This document shows positions 12,431-25,715 of a stretch of 64,000 nucleotides of DNA, in pieces; position 1 is the first letter of the stretch, and each line of letters opens with the position of its first letter. Origin of the DNA: Lytechinus pictus (lineage: Eukaryota); the NCBI RefSeq assembly GCF_037042905.1, contig NC_087245.1, positions 42,472,001 to 42,536,000 of the forward strand, given 5' to 3'. The notes beneath the pieces are model-generated. The model did no database searches. It was given only the letters and a program-made list of their open reading frames with translations, and had not been told where the DNA came from. Both the position numbers and the translations under genes were made by a program.

Positions 12431-12495
12431 TGAAGTACACGAAAGGACAAGAGGAAAGATCAAAATCGTTTCAAGACTTCTTGCAGAAAATAGAG
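12431..12495 (+). CDS. Mitofusin-like GTPase exon (post-G-domain helix)
   Basis: aacag|TG...GAG|gtaag; (M)KYTKGQEERSKSFQDFLQKIE, against GFQVRMFEFQNFERRFE. Phase 1 to 0. Confidence 0.88.
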
Positions 12496-13287
12496 GTAAG
12501 ATGTCTTTTACCTACCCCAGAGCATCATTGTTAATGTGCTTTGTATATTTTTAATGTCTTTGTTTCATTTAATTCTTCTTCACTTCAATTCATTTTTTTT
12601 TAAATTGCCGCAAATGTATTTTACATTGCAAAATGATTAGGAAATAGATAATTACGAATGAGTTAATAGTTTAAAATATAATAATCGAACTAATTATGTA
12701 TGTACATCAATTCAATATATCAAATGGCTGGATAACGAAAAAAATAGTATAATGAATTGCGGAATTGTTGGATTACACAGAAGCAAAACTTGAACACGCC
12801 AGGTTATAGCTTGAATCAGTTGTATAAATTGGAATTACTCTAGGAAAGAGATAACACGACATTGAAATTAAGAAGCAATAAGAATGAAAGCTAATAATAA
12901 CTTATCTTTGGAATTATGTACTTTGCCATTTTCTTCGATTTAATTGATACGTATTGTGTAAAACTATATCATGAATGTACATGAAGTTTTTATTCTGTCA
13001 TGGCTTTTAATCATCCAACAGAAAAAATATTCCTAAACTTGAATTCGATAAATGTTTACCTAAATGAACTAAGAGTTTTGAAAAAAAAATACTAATGTTG
13101 CAAGCTAAAGAAAGCTCTATCAAATTAATGTTGGAAGGTTGTATCATGTTATCTCAATAATTTTATTTAATTGGGGTACCATATTAAAAAGCAGATATTG
13201 AATTTTTGAGAAATTTTACTTACTTCAAGATAGTCAGCCAATTTTTGTTGCCGTTCTTCAGAATTACTTACGTAAATGAGGTACACA

Positions 13288-13290
<3 letters not shown>

Positions 13291-13353
<63 letters not shown>
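13291..13353. repeat. (TA)n microsatellite
   Basis: Pure TA array; a second array lies at about 13978-14017. Confidence 0.95.
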
Positions 13354-13355
<2 letters not shown>

Positions 13356-13925
13356 TTGTAAATAATTCAGCATCAACGCAAGACGTAGCTTCCATGTATC
13401 TCTTTATTACAAGCTTTCGGCCAATGGGGCCTTCATCAGGCCTATAATGCATTGAAACAAACAGAACAAACCATACAATGGACAGAGCCAATTAGGATAC
13501 AAGCCAATTAGGATACTCGCCCTAAGCTTGTATCCTAATTGGCTCTGTCCATTGTGGATCCGTGGCAGTTCAGACGGCTTTCTGTATCCTACGCCTACGC
13601 CTACCATCGAAACGAACGAAACGAACATGACCATCACACTGACCTCCTCTTCGAACGCTCCTACTCTTCAAGCTCCTGCTCTTCAATCTCTGGCACTGTT
13701 AAGGAAACTATCTGTTAATTTCTGTTATTTTTGTTATCTTAGTGTAACCCTTCTGTTCTGTACCCTTTGTTACACATTTACTTTGTTATTTCGACCTTAT
13801 TTGTATGGTTTGTTCTGTTTGTTTCAATGCATTATAGGCCTGATGAAGGCCCCATTGGCCGAAAGCTTGTAATAAAGAGATACATGGAAGCTACGTCTTG
13901 CGTTGATGCTGAATTATTTACAAGT
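13354..13925. mobile_element. Penelope-like element relic: inverted pseudo-LTR pair, each arm with a hammerhead core
   Basis: 125-bp perfect inverted arms 13354-13478 and 13801-13925, plus an inner IR at about 13478-13505 / 13527-13555. Confidence 0.75.
13840..13868 (+). ncRNA. Minimal hammerhead-ribozyme core (mirror copy on the - strand at 13411-13439)
   Basis: CTGATGA-A-GGCC CCATT GGCC-GAAA-GCTT: both catalytic boxes, a 4-bp helix II and a palindromic AAGCTT helix III region. Confidence 0.65.
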
Positions 13926-13973
13926 GTACATAGAACATGACGCGCTGTAATACACGTTATGCAAAGGGCCCTC

Positions 13974-14018
<45 letters not shown>

Positions 14019-14150
14019 CATTTAAGAAAATCTTAAGTAAAATTATACCAAATTCACATTTATACATTATTTAATGGCGGCAATAGAACTACCATCAAAT
14101 GCAATTTTAATAGGATATGAGAAATAACTGTAATCATTTTTTTATTACAG

Positions 14151-14275
14151 GAGCGAGCATCTATTGCTGGAAAGAAAGACAAACTGGATACCAACCGCAA
14201 TGCATGCGAGGAAATCATCAGGAGGTTCAATAAAATTATAATCGACACTATGATAATATGGATCAATGAGAAAAG
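14151..14275 (+). CDS. Mitofusin-like exon (helical bundle)
   Basis: tacag|GAG...AG|gtaca; ERASIAGKKDKLDTNRNACEEIIRRFNKIIIDTMIIWINEK. Phase 0 to 2. Confidence 0.85.
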
Positions 14276-14306
14276 GTACATAATTATATGAAATTAGTTC
14301 ACTTAA

Positions 14307-14884
14307 AGGGATCGTTTAACTTTGTGAGCAGCTGATTTAAAAAATTCTCAAACTGAGACAAAACATGTGTATGAGTGCATGTATTTGTCCTCAAAAACCC
14401 TGAAACAAACCACAATATAGAATGAAAAACTCTAATTTAGATACAAGTAGCAATTTATTAGCATGATTATGAGAACCGTCTAGTAGACAGGTTAAGCTTA
14501 TGACCAGTTTACTCCAATTCAAAAAGTCCGTTGGCTATTTTGACTGCCTTCTGTTGTGTGTATCTCCTATTTACACACACACGCTATTAGCTGCACTGAA
14601 CATTCAGTGTATACCTAGTACACACTGTATGTAGGCCATGCTGTGTTCATCTAGAGTTCGTGTGTTGTGGTGCACAGGTTCACTGTATACACATAGTCAT
14701 TGAAACCAACTCCCAACTATTTTCAAACTTTGGTTTACATCTTTAAGGTTTTAAAATTGATCCTGTGGATATAATACTTTGAAACTTTTGGGATGGTATT
14801 TTTACACTATAAGCCTAATGTTAAGCCCATTTTCAAGAACCAAAATGATAATTTTTTAAATCAGAACAAAGTGAAATGATCCTT
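14307..14884. mobile_element. Kolobok-type non-autonomous element
   Basis: TTAA flanks on both sides; termini AGGGATCGTTT / AAATGATCCTT. Confidence 0.55.
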
Positions 14885-15761
14885 TTAAGAATGAACATGG
14901 AAATGCAAAAGGAAACGGGAACAGCCCAACCCTACCCCACTTTTTTCAATAAACGTATACGAAAATGTTTAATGGCCATAGGATTTATGTATTTATTTAT
15001 TTATTTATTTTTTAATTTTTTTTTTCGGGGGGGGGGGGGGTATGGTCACACCCTTTCAAAACCGTTCCGCAACTCCTGTATATGTAACCTGAGAAAAACA
15101 AGTCTCTATGAGTGCAAGAACAAACTTAATAGTCCCTGTCTATATAAAAAATAGAACGTATAACGTTTTCTTTCTTACATAGCTTCAAAGAAATCGCATG
15201 CTCTGTAATATGAGGACAGGGCCCCGTCTTACAAAGAGTTACGATTGATCCAGTCAATCTCAACTGTATCCATCCATATTATATGTATTTCTACAGAAAA
15301 TCTCTTAGTAAACAAAAAGAATCACACTAAATCTTCAAGAGAACGATGAATGTAGAAAATGTTTTGAACAAATTTGCATTTTTGATGTTGACGTTGCTGG
15401 CCATCCATATTGATCGGATGAATCGAAACTCTTTATGCTACGGTCTTTTACGAGCACCGTACACGTACAAACGATTTTCTTTTTATACACAGCAATAATT
15501 GTATGAAATCATTCGTACGGTGTTCGCAAAGGTATTTGTGACCTAGCATAATTTCATGAAAAGACGTAGTACTTTTCCATGGTACTTTTTCTGTAAAATA
15601 CAATGTAAAGTTCAGAGGTTGGGACAACGATATTGAAAACGGGTTTTTGTCAATGTATATATTTAAAGGTAAAAATCACATGAGTAGATAGTTACATTGT
15701 ATAATGTGAGGAACTTGATAAGTAATTGAGAAATAAATTATGGCAAACAGAGAGAATGGCA

Positions 15762-15939
15762 CAGGGGCCGCGGAACGGTTTTCAAAGTGGGGGGGGGGGG
15801 GGCTGACCATACAAAAAAATCACAATCATAATTATGGTAATTTTTACGTTTTTGTACATGAATTTGGAAAAAAGTGGGGGGGGGGGGGCTGAAGCCCCCC
15901 CCCCCCCCAGCCCCTCCGCTTCCGCTTCCGCGGCCCCTG
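15762..15939. mobile_element. Short poly-G/poly-C MITE
   Basis: TIRs CAGGGGCCGCGGAA / TTCCGCGGCCCCTG; no clear TSD. Confidence 0.55.
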
Positions 15940-17039
15940 AGGGCAGTGTAATTAAAGGGTTATATATTCAAAGAAAGAAAAGAATGAAAAAATAGGACTG
16001 CAATCGTATGCAAACGATGTGCATGAATTGACGCGTGTGATTTTGGGGGTTTCGCAATCAATAAAGCAATATAGCAATACCTGAAAATACGAGATTTGAA
16101 TGAATAGAAACAGGTACGTTATGGGTACTAGTATTTTATAAAGATAAGCAATTTTGAAACATTATAGTGCGCTATCCATAACAGATGATTACTGGTGCGT
16201 AAAATTCGACTCATATTTCAGCAATTACTGTATACCGTAAAAAAATCACTGAAGATATGAGATGCGAATGAACAGAATCAAGAAAGCTATGGCAATTCAT
16301 GTAAAGATAAGCATTTTTGAAACATTAGAGGGCGCTCATAATTATGTGGAATATGATACAAAAAGAATAGAGACAACAAAGTTATGGCAATGTACATAAA
16401 GATAAGTAATTTCGAAACATTACAGGGCGCTATCCATAACAGATGATTTCTAATGCGTGAAATTCCATAATCGAACGATAAAAATATGAAACCAAAATGA
16501 ACGAAAACAAGGAAGTTGTGGCTATGTTACTATTTTCCGACTTCACAATTAAATAAATACGAAGTTTTTGAAGGACGACTAATTTGGATTTGAATTTAGG
16601 GCATGAAGATGGCCTTTTGAAGGGCAAGTCATATTTTCATATGAAAAGGCAACTCTTAAACAATCTAAGCAATATGTTAGAAGTATGTAGCATGCAAGAT
16701 AAGGGAGATGTGATAGGATTAGGAATGGTATGCAAATGGACTTGAAATTTACAAAATGGCGCCTATATGGACATGTATGAGTGAATTTTGAAAACTGAAT
16801 GTCAGGTGCACAACTAAGGGTGCGGGAGACGATGTCTGACACATTTTGATCAATTTGGATGAGGGGCGTGGCCTGGGCAGGTCGATCAATCTCATTTGTG
16901 TTAAAACAAATGAATGGGATTTTGGCAGAAGAAAAAGAAGATTGCAGAATATGAAATATGAACAAAAACAAGGCATTGTCACCATTGGGCGTCAATGCAA
17001 AAAATAGCCATGGAAATATAACAATTTTGTATTTCGTAG

Positions 17040-17166
17040 AATCGAATTGCAAGATGAGATTGGATCCATTGAGCAAACCACTACAAGATTGCACGTACAG
17101 AAGGAAAAGTTCTTGGAAAGAAAGAGAGAGCACAGGGAGAGGATCATCTCCACAGTTGATGACGAG
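17040..17166 (+). CDS. Mitofusin-like exon (HR1-like coiled coil)
   Basis: cgtag|A ATC...GAG|gtacg; RIELQDEIGSIEQTTTRLHVQKEKFLERKREHRERIISTVDDE. Phase 2 to 0, 127 nt. Confidence 0.85.
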
Positions 17167-18055
17167 GTACGCTCATAAGATTTACATAATTTTGCAGAAA
17201 TTTCCAACTAGTAAGTTGCGGATAATTCTTGTGCAAAAATTGAGAGGCTGTGATAGCGGTCTGACAGATATTTTCACTGAAAAATACAACCTACCTGACC
17301 AGATGCACGTCCGTCTTTAAAACATTGTTAAAGGCTATGGCAGTGTCATGGCCCCGTGCAAAAACAAAACAGCCAATCAACGCGCTTGCAGCGAGGTAAA
17401 CAATGCATTGGCATTTCCATTGACGTTTGCCTGTTTGCCGGTGTCATAGGCGAAATGGACCGGGCAGCCGATCGGGGCCGGAGGAACTAATCGGCGGCTC
17501 TTTTATCCGCCGATTAGTTCCGATTTTTTTTTTTTTTCTACATTCATATCTAGAAATTTATTGAACAAACATGCATTTTATATGTTGACTTTGCTGCTTT
17601 CCATAGTTTTGTTTTGTAGTGATCTTTATTATTCATTCAAATAAATTTCATAAATACATAATCAAGAAAATATAGAACAAAATGATAATTTCAGCAGTGC
17701 AATACACAAATTAAATAACAGTGTAATAAACATAGCAGGCAAATAGTATCAGAAAAGAGACTTAATCCGAACTCATGCAAAAATAACATTTCAACAACTT
17801 ATGTATGCAGCTATAAAGCAAATAATAAAACAAAGACGTAACAACTACGCAAATTTAAAGAATGAATGTATATGAGCATTCTCCCGTCCCATGAGCCCCC
17901 CCCCCTATCAGACCCCAAAGCTGAACAAACTAACACACCAACAACAAGAAACGGGAGAAATAGACAGAAAAAAAAACACCATACACATAACGGAGAGAGA
18001 GAGAGAAAAAAAAAAAAAAAAAAAAAAAGCAAAGGACAGGAACAATTAAAAGGAT

Positions 18056-18091
<36 letters not shown>

Positions 18092-19029
18092 ACGAACCAA
18101 TAACAGACAGGACAGAGGTCAGTTTACAGCGACAGTCATCGATCGATTCCACACCATGTTGTGTGATGTGATCGTCATAGCCGATTTGTTCCGACCATGC
18201 GATTTGTTCCTATACGCCGTTCATGCAACTTTGACACCCCTACAGCAAAAATGTAAAATTCCAGTGGTCCATTTCAACCAATTGGCTCCTCCAAATCAAC
18301 CACACCCACAGTTGCCGATTTGATAATCTTATTTTGGGACATAGAGATGTATATATGTTTTGGGAATACAATTTATGCATTATTTTAGCACACTTCCAAT
18401 TGATTACAGCTGTGTGGGGCCACAAAGCCATATTCACTCTGAGTGCTCCCTTTGTACGCCTGTGCTATTCGGAGTGTAAACTTCGATTTTGTATAGATCT
18501 ATAGGTCTTCATTACAACCGGGGCAAGAAATAGGATGGGATGGCGACTGGTGTGCTGAGGGTGGGTGGGGGCTGCTGCGCGCTCACCAAAACCCCCAAAG
18601 TAAGTAGAAAAAATATCAATAAAAGAACTAAAAGCTTAATAGTCCAACAGGGCTGCCAGGGAACTCTCAGTGACACCTCATTGAGACAAACACACTGACA
18701 TGCACATATTTTTTTCATTTGTTTTTGGAGGGGGGGGGGGGGGCTTTCGGGGCTAAGGGCCCCCGGGTCGTCCAAAAAGGAGGTGCCAAAAAGGAGAAGG
18801 AAATAGATGAAAATAATAGGGAGAGAAAAAAAAAGGAGACTCGAAGAAGAGATCGCAAAAAATGGGGGAAAGTATAAAAGAGAAAAGGGGGAAAGAAATA
18901 AGAGGGATGAGTTGGGAGGGGGGGGGGGAGAAAAGGAAAAAGAAGGGGGACAAGGGGGAAATTAAAAAGGTTATAAAAGAGCGGTATAAAAATTACCGTT
19001 TTTGAACAGGTTTTGGGGTGTTGTGTCAA

Positions 19030-19557
19030 GTAAAATCGGTTCTAACATGAAAACTTGCAAAAACGGGCAGCTAAATTTGGTATCTACTTAAAGCTTAGAC
19101 ACCTGGCAAAATGATGATGATAAAATTTAAACGGAAACCCACGGAAATCCAAACGTTTCTAATGTAAATGCAAAAAACATGGATTATCAGCCTATTTCGA
19201 GGAATAATTATCCTATAAACCTCCTGAAATGTGTCTTTTATCTACTTTGAACCCTTTCACACGAAAAAAAGAATATATCAGGATTATGTGGGTGTCATTT
19301 CAGATTCCAACATTAAAAACCTCCTGTGAAATGGCTTGTTTTTCAACTAAGTTGTCATATACGCGGCATTTCGCAAAATGTCAAATTTTACTATTTGAGG
19401 TAGGAAATTAAAAACCTTTATGCAAATTCCCGAATGAAATATTTTGCCGTACTATTCTTCGAAGTGTTGTCTTTCAGCTGGGCATGACAAAAATTTAAAA
19501 TGTGAAATTGCCCAAAATGACTTTTGGCGCACTTTTGTTTCAGCCGGCCTGACTGTG
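19030..19557. mobile_element. Right part of a Transib-like non-autonomous element (copy 2; left boundary not identified)
   Basis: 19202-19557 matches 1-357. Terminus on the - strand reads CACAGTC-12 nt-ACAAAAGTG and is flanked by CGACG. Confidence 0.6.
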
Positions 19558-20386
19558 CGACGTTCTGTCCGCGGGTTATTTCTCACGCTATATTTTTTAC
19601 CAAATGTATACATATGAAGAAAAAGGAGAATAATATAATCAGGGGCTGCGGAGCAAATTTGAAAGTGAAAGGGGCACGGGGAAAAGGGGGGCACTTCCTC
19701 TTTTGAAAAGTGAACTTAAAACAAAGAACAATTTTAAAAGAACATAGTCTACTATCGACCTCAGTGGCGCAATGAGGCAAAAGTTTTGAGGGGGCAGACT
19801 TGGTGTACGAGGGAAAACAATTGAAGCGGCGAGCGAGCAAAATGTTGACATTTTTTTATAAAAAAAATATTTTTTATATATAGATTTTGACACAATTTTC
19901 AGAGAATAATAATGTCAAAAGGGGTATTGTGTGCAAACAGATAACCCCAATGCCTAAGGTAGTGCGAGATGTCCTCGCATTAGATAAACAAATCACGGTC
20001 CATGTTTACAATAAAAAAGTAAAATATTGTTTAAAAACTAGCTACTACTCCCAAAAAGAGAAGTGGTACGGTACCGTGTGTCAACTGCCCATCGCTGCAA
20101 TATACGCACGTCGCGTGCGCAAAAAAGGGTAGCCTATTGGTACCGTACGAGACTGAAATACCTCTTATCTAGACCAACATTTTTAATTCTGTGATAATAT
20201 CAAAATTACATTAAAAATTACACCAATATATATATTGAAACATTTTGATCAAAACAAATATTTATAGAATAAATTTATTACCTTGAAACAGAATTATTGA
20301 AATCATTATTTCTAAGATAATGTTCAAATTACATTAAAGATTACACGAAGATATATTTTCAAAAAAAATTATCAAAGTAAATAATT

Positions 20387-20442
20387 AGAAAGTCAAAAAG
20401 GGGCCTAAGCTTTCGATCCTAGCAGAATCTTCGTCGGAGGCA
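20387..20442 (-). mobile_element. 56-bp insertion consisting mostly of a hammerhead-like core, flanked by a 13-bp direct repeat
   Basis: AAAGTAAATAATT at 20374-20386 and 20443-20455. The - strand reads CCGACGA-A-GATTCT GCT AGGATC-GAAA-GCTT. Confidence 0.55.
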
Positions 20443-20847
20443 AAAGTAAATAATTGTAATATTCGTAGAATATGCGTTTAGAGGGCAATCCTGAGAAACT
20501 TCCATTTATACATGTATAAATAATACTTGATGATTTGATGATTTCCTAGTTCAATCTGCAATGCACTTTTGGATAGATTAACATTATGTGAAAGTGGATG
20601 AAGCGCGCCGAATACGATGCCTCACATGACTTGTGACGGCCTTGTAAGGCGCGTATGGAAATTTTTCAAGGGGTTCGACTGGAAACTCCGGCGAGGGAGC
20701 GAAGTGATCGAGGGGATGTCCTGTACATCAATTGATCAAAAAGGGGGTGGGGATGAAAGAGATGGAATCTCCTATCATAATTTTCTTTTACTTTTCGTGT
20801 AACGGCAAAATTGAACACATTATGATTTCTATATCACTTTCTATTAG

Positions 20848-20949
20848 GTGATGGAATGCTTGGATGATGTCAATTATCGGATGCAAAAGAAACTTGCAAG
20901 CGTGAGAAACAAGAGGACTCTAAACTCTTATCTCGATGAGCACGGGGAG
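20848..20949 (+). CDS. Mitofusin-like exon
   Basis: attag|GTG...GAG|gtata; VMECLDDVNYRMQKKLASVRNKRTLNSYLDEHGE. Phase 0 to 0. Confidence 0.8.
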
Positions 20950-21490
20950 GTATAATATATACATATTCCATTCCTAGTTTAGATCTTTATTTTTGTTGGA
21001 GAGTAATTGGAGCAAAACAATTAGGCCTACAATTAGTTTATATACATAAGTTTACATAAGGTTCAGTTATGGAAGCAAGATCTTATGTTCCTCTATGTGA
21101 TACAGTGACGTCAAATCATGTTTTATAACTGTCAGGCCTGTATCTTTATCAAAACAAGCGGAAGTAAACTCATATTTTCTCAAGGGCACTGATTGAGACA
21201 TGAGTCCCTTCTGTACATCTCCATATTTTTTCATGGAATAGTTTGCTTTTGCTGACTGTCTTATCTTTGGCAATGGGCTTTATTTTTTGACAAACTAATT
21301 AGAAAAAAAAAAGATTCAAAATAAATCCACATTTAAGCGTCTACCTACAATAAGTAGGCCAAATATGTCGGTTTTTTTTTTTACTGATTAATTTGTTGTA
21401 TTACATCATTAATCATTTTATCAATAGATACTTTTTGCATATAGTTCTCGAAAATAAAGCAAGTAATACATAAAAAAAAACCTTTTCCAG

Positions 21491-21581
21491 GCCATTATTC
21501 ATGACTGGTACAGAAGGATTACCAAGGCAACTAATCGCGCAACACGAATGGCCTGTGAAGATTACTCCATAGATCTCTTAG
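21491..21581 (+). CDS. Mitofusin-like exon
   Basis: tccag|GCC...TTA G|gtaag; AIIHDWYRRITKATNRATRMACEDYSIDLL. Phase 0 to 1. Confidence 0.82.
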
Positions 21582-21861
21582 GTAAGAAACCTTATAATGT
21601 TATTTTTCAATAAACTAATGAGAAAAATACAAAAGCCTGTTTTAGCTTGCTCATGCTTTGTATCCCAGAATATAAAATGAGTTTTGACATGTTAGCATAC
21701 TATTCCAAAAAAAAATGCATGACTGTTCAAGCATTGCACCGTATAAGCCTACAAATGTACTAGGATCTTTCCGAAATTTATTAATTGAAGTTTATAATCA
21801 ATTCAGCACACGTACAGATGGAATTATCTTTATTATGATCACACCTTTCTCTTGTAAACAG

Positions 21862-22056
21862 AGGAGTACAGGAAATGCTTCCGGGAGTTTCCTCATGAGC
21901 ATCCAAAAGCCTACGTCAAAGCTCTTCACGAAGAAATCTTCCAGAAAGTCGGCAACGAGCAAATAAACGAAAACGCCGTTGATTCCCTCCTGAAAGGCAT
22001 CACTGATAGAGGAATAATTGCTTTGTTTGCGACATCGAGAAAAGACCAACAAACTG
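21862..22056 (+). CDS. Mitofusin-like exon (divergent middle region)
   Basis: aacag|AG...ACT G|gtaag; EEYRKCFREFPHEHPKAYVKALHEEIFQKVGNEQINENAVDSLLKGITDRGIIALFATSRKDQQT. Open frame, phase 1 to 1. Confidence 0.8.
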
Positions 22057-22234
22057 GTAAGAATTAAAATCAGAAATCAGAGAATCCTCTGAATTTTCAC
22101 ATTTAGATGTTCTTTTCATGTTTTCAATTAGAAAAAAGAGAAACCTTTAAAATGAAGGAATATCAAATGCGAAAGACTTTAGTTCATGGGCGCTCTATTC
22201 TTTACCACATATTGGGAAGTGTCTAATTAGCATG

Positions 22235-25195
22235 TCTTGTATGGGGCGCCAAGTGTCCGCCAGTATTTTCCGTCCAAATCACGCCTTCCGTACACAAAAT
22301 ATGTTTTTATTCAGACGAAAATCATTTCGTCATGACGCTGTTTTATTTCGTATACGAAATTTATTTTTTGCCACACGAAATCAATTTCGTCGAGACGAAA
22401 TGTAATTGCGTTCAAAAAAATTTATTTCGTACCATACGAAATTAATTTCGTCGAGACAAAATGTAATTACGTCCACAAAATATAATTCGTACCATACGAA
22501 ATTAATTTCGTCGAGACGAAATGTAATTGCGTCCACAAAATATATTTCGTACCATACGAAATCAATTTCGTCGAGACGAAATGTAATTGCGTACACAAAA
22601 ATTCATTTTGTACTAACGAAATAAATTTTGATCAAACGAAATGGCGCACCAAGTATCCGACGGTAAATTCTGTCTAATTCACGCCATTCCGTACACAAAA
22701 AAGTTGTTATTCAGACGATTTCTTTCAAACTCATGTTGAACACCTATTATGCACTCCCTCAATTTTAAAAGCAATCGTCCAAGACTATGACAGGCGAAGT
22801 GTCCGCCAGTATATTTCGTCGAATTCACGCCATTCCGTACACAAAAAAGTTGTTATTCAGACGAAAATCATTTCGTCAAAACGCAGTTTTATTTCGTATA
22901 CGAAATCTATTTTTTGTCACTCGAAATCAATTTCGTCGAGACGTAATGTAATTGCGTCTACAAAATTTATTTCGTACCATACGAAATGAATTTCGTTGAG
23001 ACGAAATGTAATTGCGTCGAGACGAAATGTAATTGCGTCGACAAAATTTATTTCGTACCATACGAAATGAATTTTGCTATAACGAAATAGATTGCGCCGA
23101 CGAAATGAACTTCCTGTGATGGCAACGAAAAGTTTTTCGTTGCGATGCGAAGATCTATTCTGTAAATGAAATGAATTTTCCATCAGACACTTGGCGCGCC
23201 AAGTGTCCGATGGAAAATTCATTTCGTTTACAGAATCGGACACTTGGTGCGATAAGTCTGCCAAGTGTAAAAAAAATTAATTTCGGGTAAGAAACGGCAT
23301 TTACTTTCAAGTAAATTTTGGGCCCGGAGCCCCCGGGTAGGCGAAAAGGGGGGCGCAAAAAGAAAAAAAGAGAGGAAAAGAAAAGGGGAAGAAAAAAAAG
23401 TGAGAAAGAAGCAGAGAAATTGATCTTTAACATGGGGGGGGGGCGCCGAATTGATGTTCAGCCTAGGGAGGGGGCACCGAAGTCATATTCGACCTTTGAG
23501 GCGCCAATTTGATGTTTGGCTGGGAGACGCGAAATTCATGTTTGAGTTTGGCGCTCGCAATTGCATCAAGTCAGAACATAAACAAATTCTGCTCGCTCTT
23601 CGCGTTAGCATCAATTGTTTAGTAAGATGAAGACCGATCCTGTTCATTGTTAGATAAGTGCTTCGAATGTCCAAATTTTTGGTCAGAATATCACATTTTT
23701 TGCTCACGCTTCGCGCTCTCACAATATTGTTTAGACAGATACACATCCTGTTCATGGTTAATAAATTTGCTTAGAATGTCCAGCTATATAGTTTGGGTCG
23801 TAATCGGTCGTAATACATAAAATTTTAAGCCCGCGCTACGCGCTCGCATAAAATTAGATGCCCATTCTGATCATGATTACCAAGAGTGCTTAGAATGTAA
23901 ACATTTTAGGTTAGAATATCAAACATTTTTATCAATTGGTTAGATACCATACTATTCATAGTAACAATATGTGCCTAGAATGTCCAGTTTTGAGTCGGAA
24001 TATCAAAAATTCTGATGCGAGCGCAAATGATTTTGTTAGATACTTATCGATCGTGTTCATGATTACCAATAGTGCTTGGAATGTCCAAATGTTAGGTAAA
24101 ATATCATAAATTTTCTGCTCGCACTTCACGCTTGCATCAATATATTTGATAAAGCTAAATTAACCCAGGCTAAATGCATAGAATGTTCAGTTTTAGGTCG
24201 TAAATTACAAAATTATCAGCTCGCGCTTTGCGCTTGCATTAATGTTGAGATAGATACCCATCCAGTTCTCGATTATCAAAAGTGCTTACAGAAATTCCAT
24301 ATTTAAGGTCAGAATATCAACAATTTTCCGCTCGCGTATCGTACTCGCATCAATAATTGTTTAGATATACGTATACCAATCATGTTCAAGGTTACAAAAA
24401 GTGCTTAGAATTTCCGATAATGATGAATTAATTTCGTTTACAGAATAGATCTTCGCATCGCAACGACAAACTTTTCGTACCACAGGAAGTTCATTTCGTC
24501 GGCGCAATCCATTTCGTTATAGCAAAATTCATTTCGTACGGTACGAAATGAATTACGTCTCATACGAAATTCATTTCGTGTGGCACAAAATAAAATTCGT
24601 TAACGTTATTACACTGCGTATTGACGAAACGTTTTTCGTATGAGAAAAACAAACTTTTTGTATGGAATATGGCGTAAATTCGACGGAATTTTCCACTGGA
24701 CACTTGGCGCACCTATTTTGTACACGAAATTATATTTCGTTATAGCAAAATATATTTCGTATGGTACGAAATTAATTTTGTAGACGCAATTACATTTCGT
24801 CTCAACGAAATTCATTTCGTATGGTACGAAATAAATTTTGTAGGCGCAATTACATTTCGTCTCAACGAAATTCATTTCGTAGGGTACGAAATATTTTGTA
24901 GACGCAATTACGAGACGAAATTCATTTCGTTTGGAACGAAATAAATTTTGTAGACGCAATTACATTTCGTCTCGACGAAATTCATTTCGTGTGAGGAAAA
25001 ATAACTTTCGTATACCAAATAAAACTGCGTCATGACAAAATGATTTTCGTCTGAATAAAAACATATTTTGTGTACGGAATGGCGTGAATTCGACGAAATA
25101 TACTGGCGGACACTTCGCCTGTCATAGTCTTGGACGATTGCTTTTAAAATTGAGGGAGTGCATAATAGGTGTTCAACATGAGTTTGAAAGAAATT
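22235..25195. mobile_element. Large foldback-type element: inverted arms of about 60-bp tandem units around a poly-G repeat family
   Basis: Units like GAAATGTAATTGCGT..ACAAAAT..ATTTCGTACCATACGAAAT on + (22320-23100) and reversed (24720-25000). 22720-22860 is the reverse complement of about 25050-25193. Confidence 0.75.
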
Positions 25196-25715
25196 GCTAT
25201 TCATGATTTATAACTGACTTATATGTTTAGAGGATCATTTTTGTTTGTGGATGAAAAAAATGTTCGATTGTAATTTAATTAGATTTTTTGATATAGCACA
25301 AATAACAATATTTAAGAGTTTTCCCGACAGCAACGCAGGCGCTTTTTACGCTATTGTCAAATGCTCTTCCTGACAACGAAGTCTTTGTCGAGGGTGAGTG
25401 AATCGAAACAACAGTGTCGTCCGCGCCTCTGGACAAACGAAATATTTGCAAATTTTCGTCAGCTGAGGGGAGCGTTTCATGAAATGACTTGTGGGAGGTT
25501 TTATCCGACAAGTCCCATTTTATCCGACAATTACAACAGGAAACATGCCTCTACGTCAGTCAACATCAGGGAAAGATGTCAGATGAGACAACTTGTCTTA
25601 TGAAAATGCCCGGTGAAAATGTTGATGAAACACTCCCCTAAAACGTCGGACGAAACTGCTGTTTCGATTCATCGACCCTCGACAATGATCTCATTACGAT
25701 TTGAATTGCATTTAA

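Noticed and set aside
18307..18330. CACAGTTG as the left end of the Transib-like copy 2
   Set aside because: Not preceded by the CGACG TSD and no nonamer-like motif follows.
22320..25000. CRISPR-like repeats of about 60 bp
   Set aside because: Head-to-tail degenerate units with no spacers and no cas genes, in eukaryotic context.
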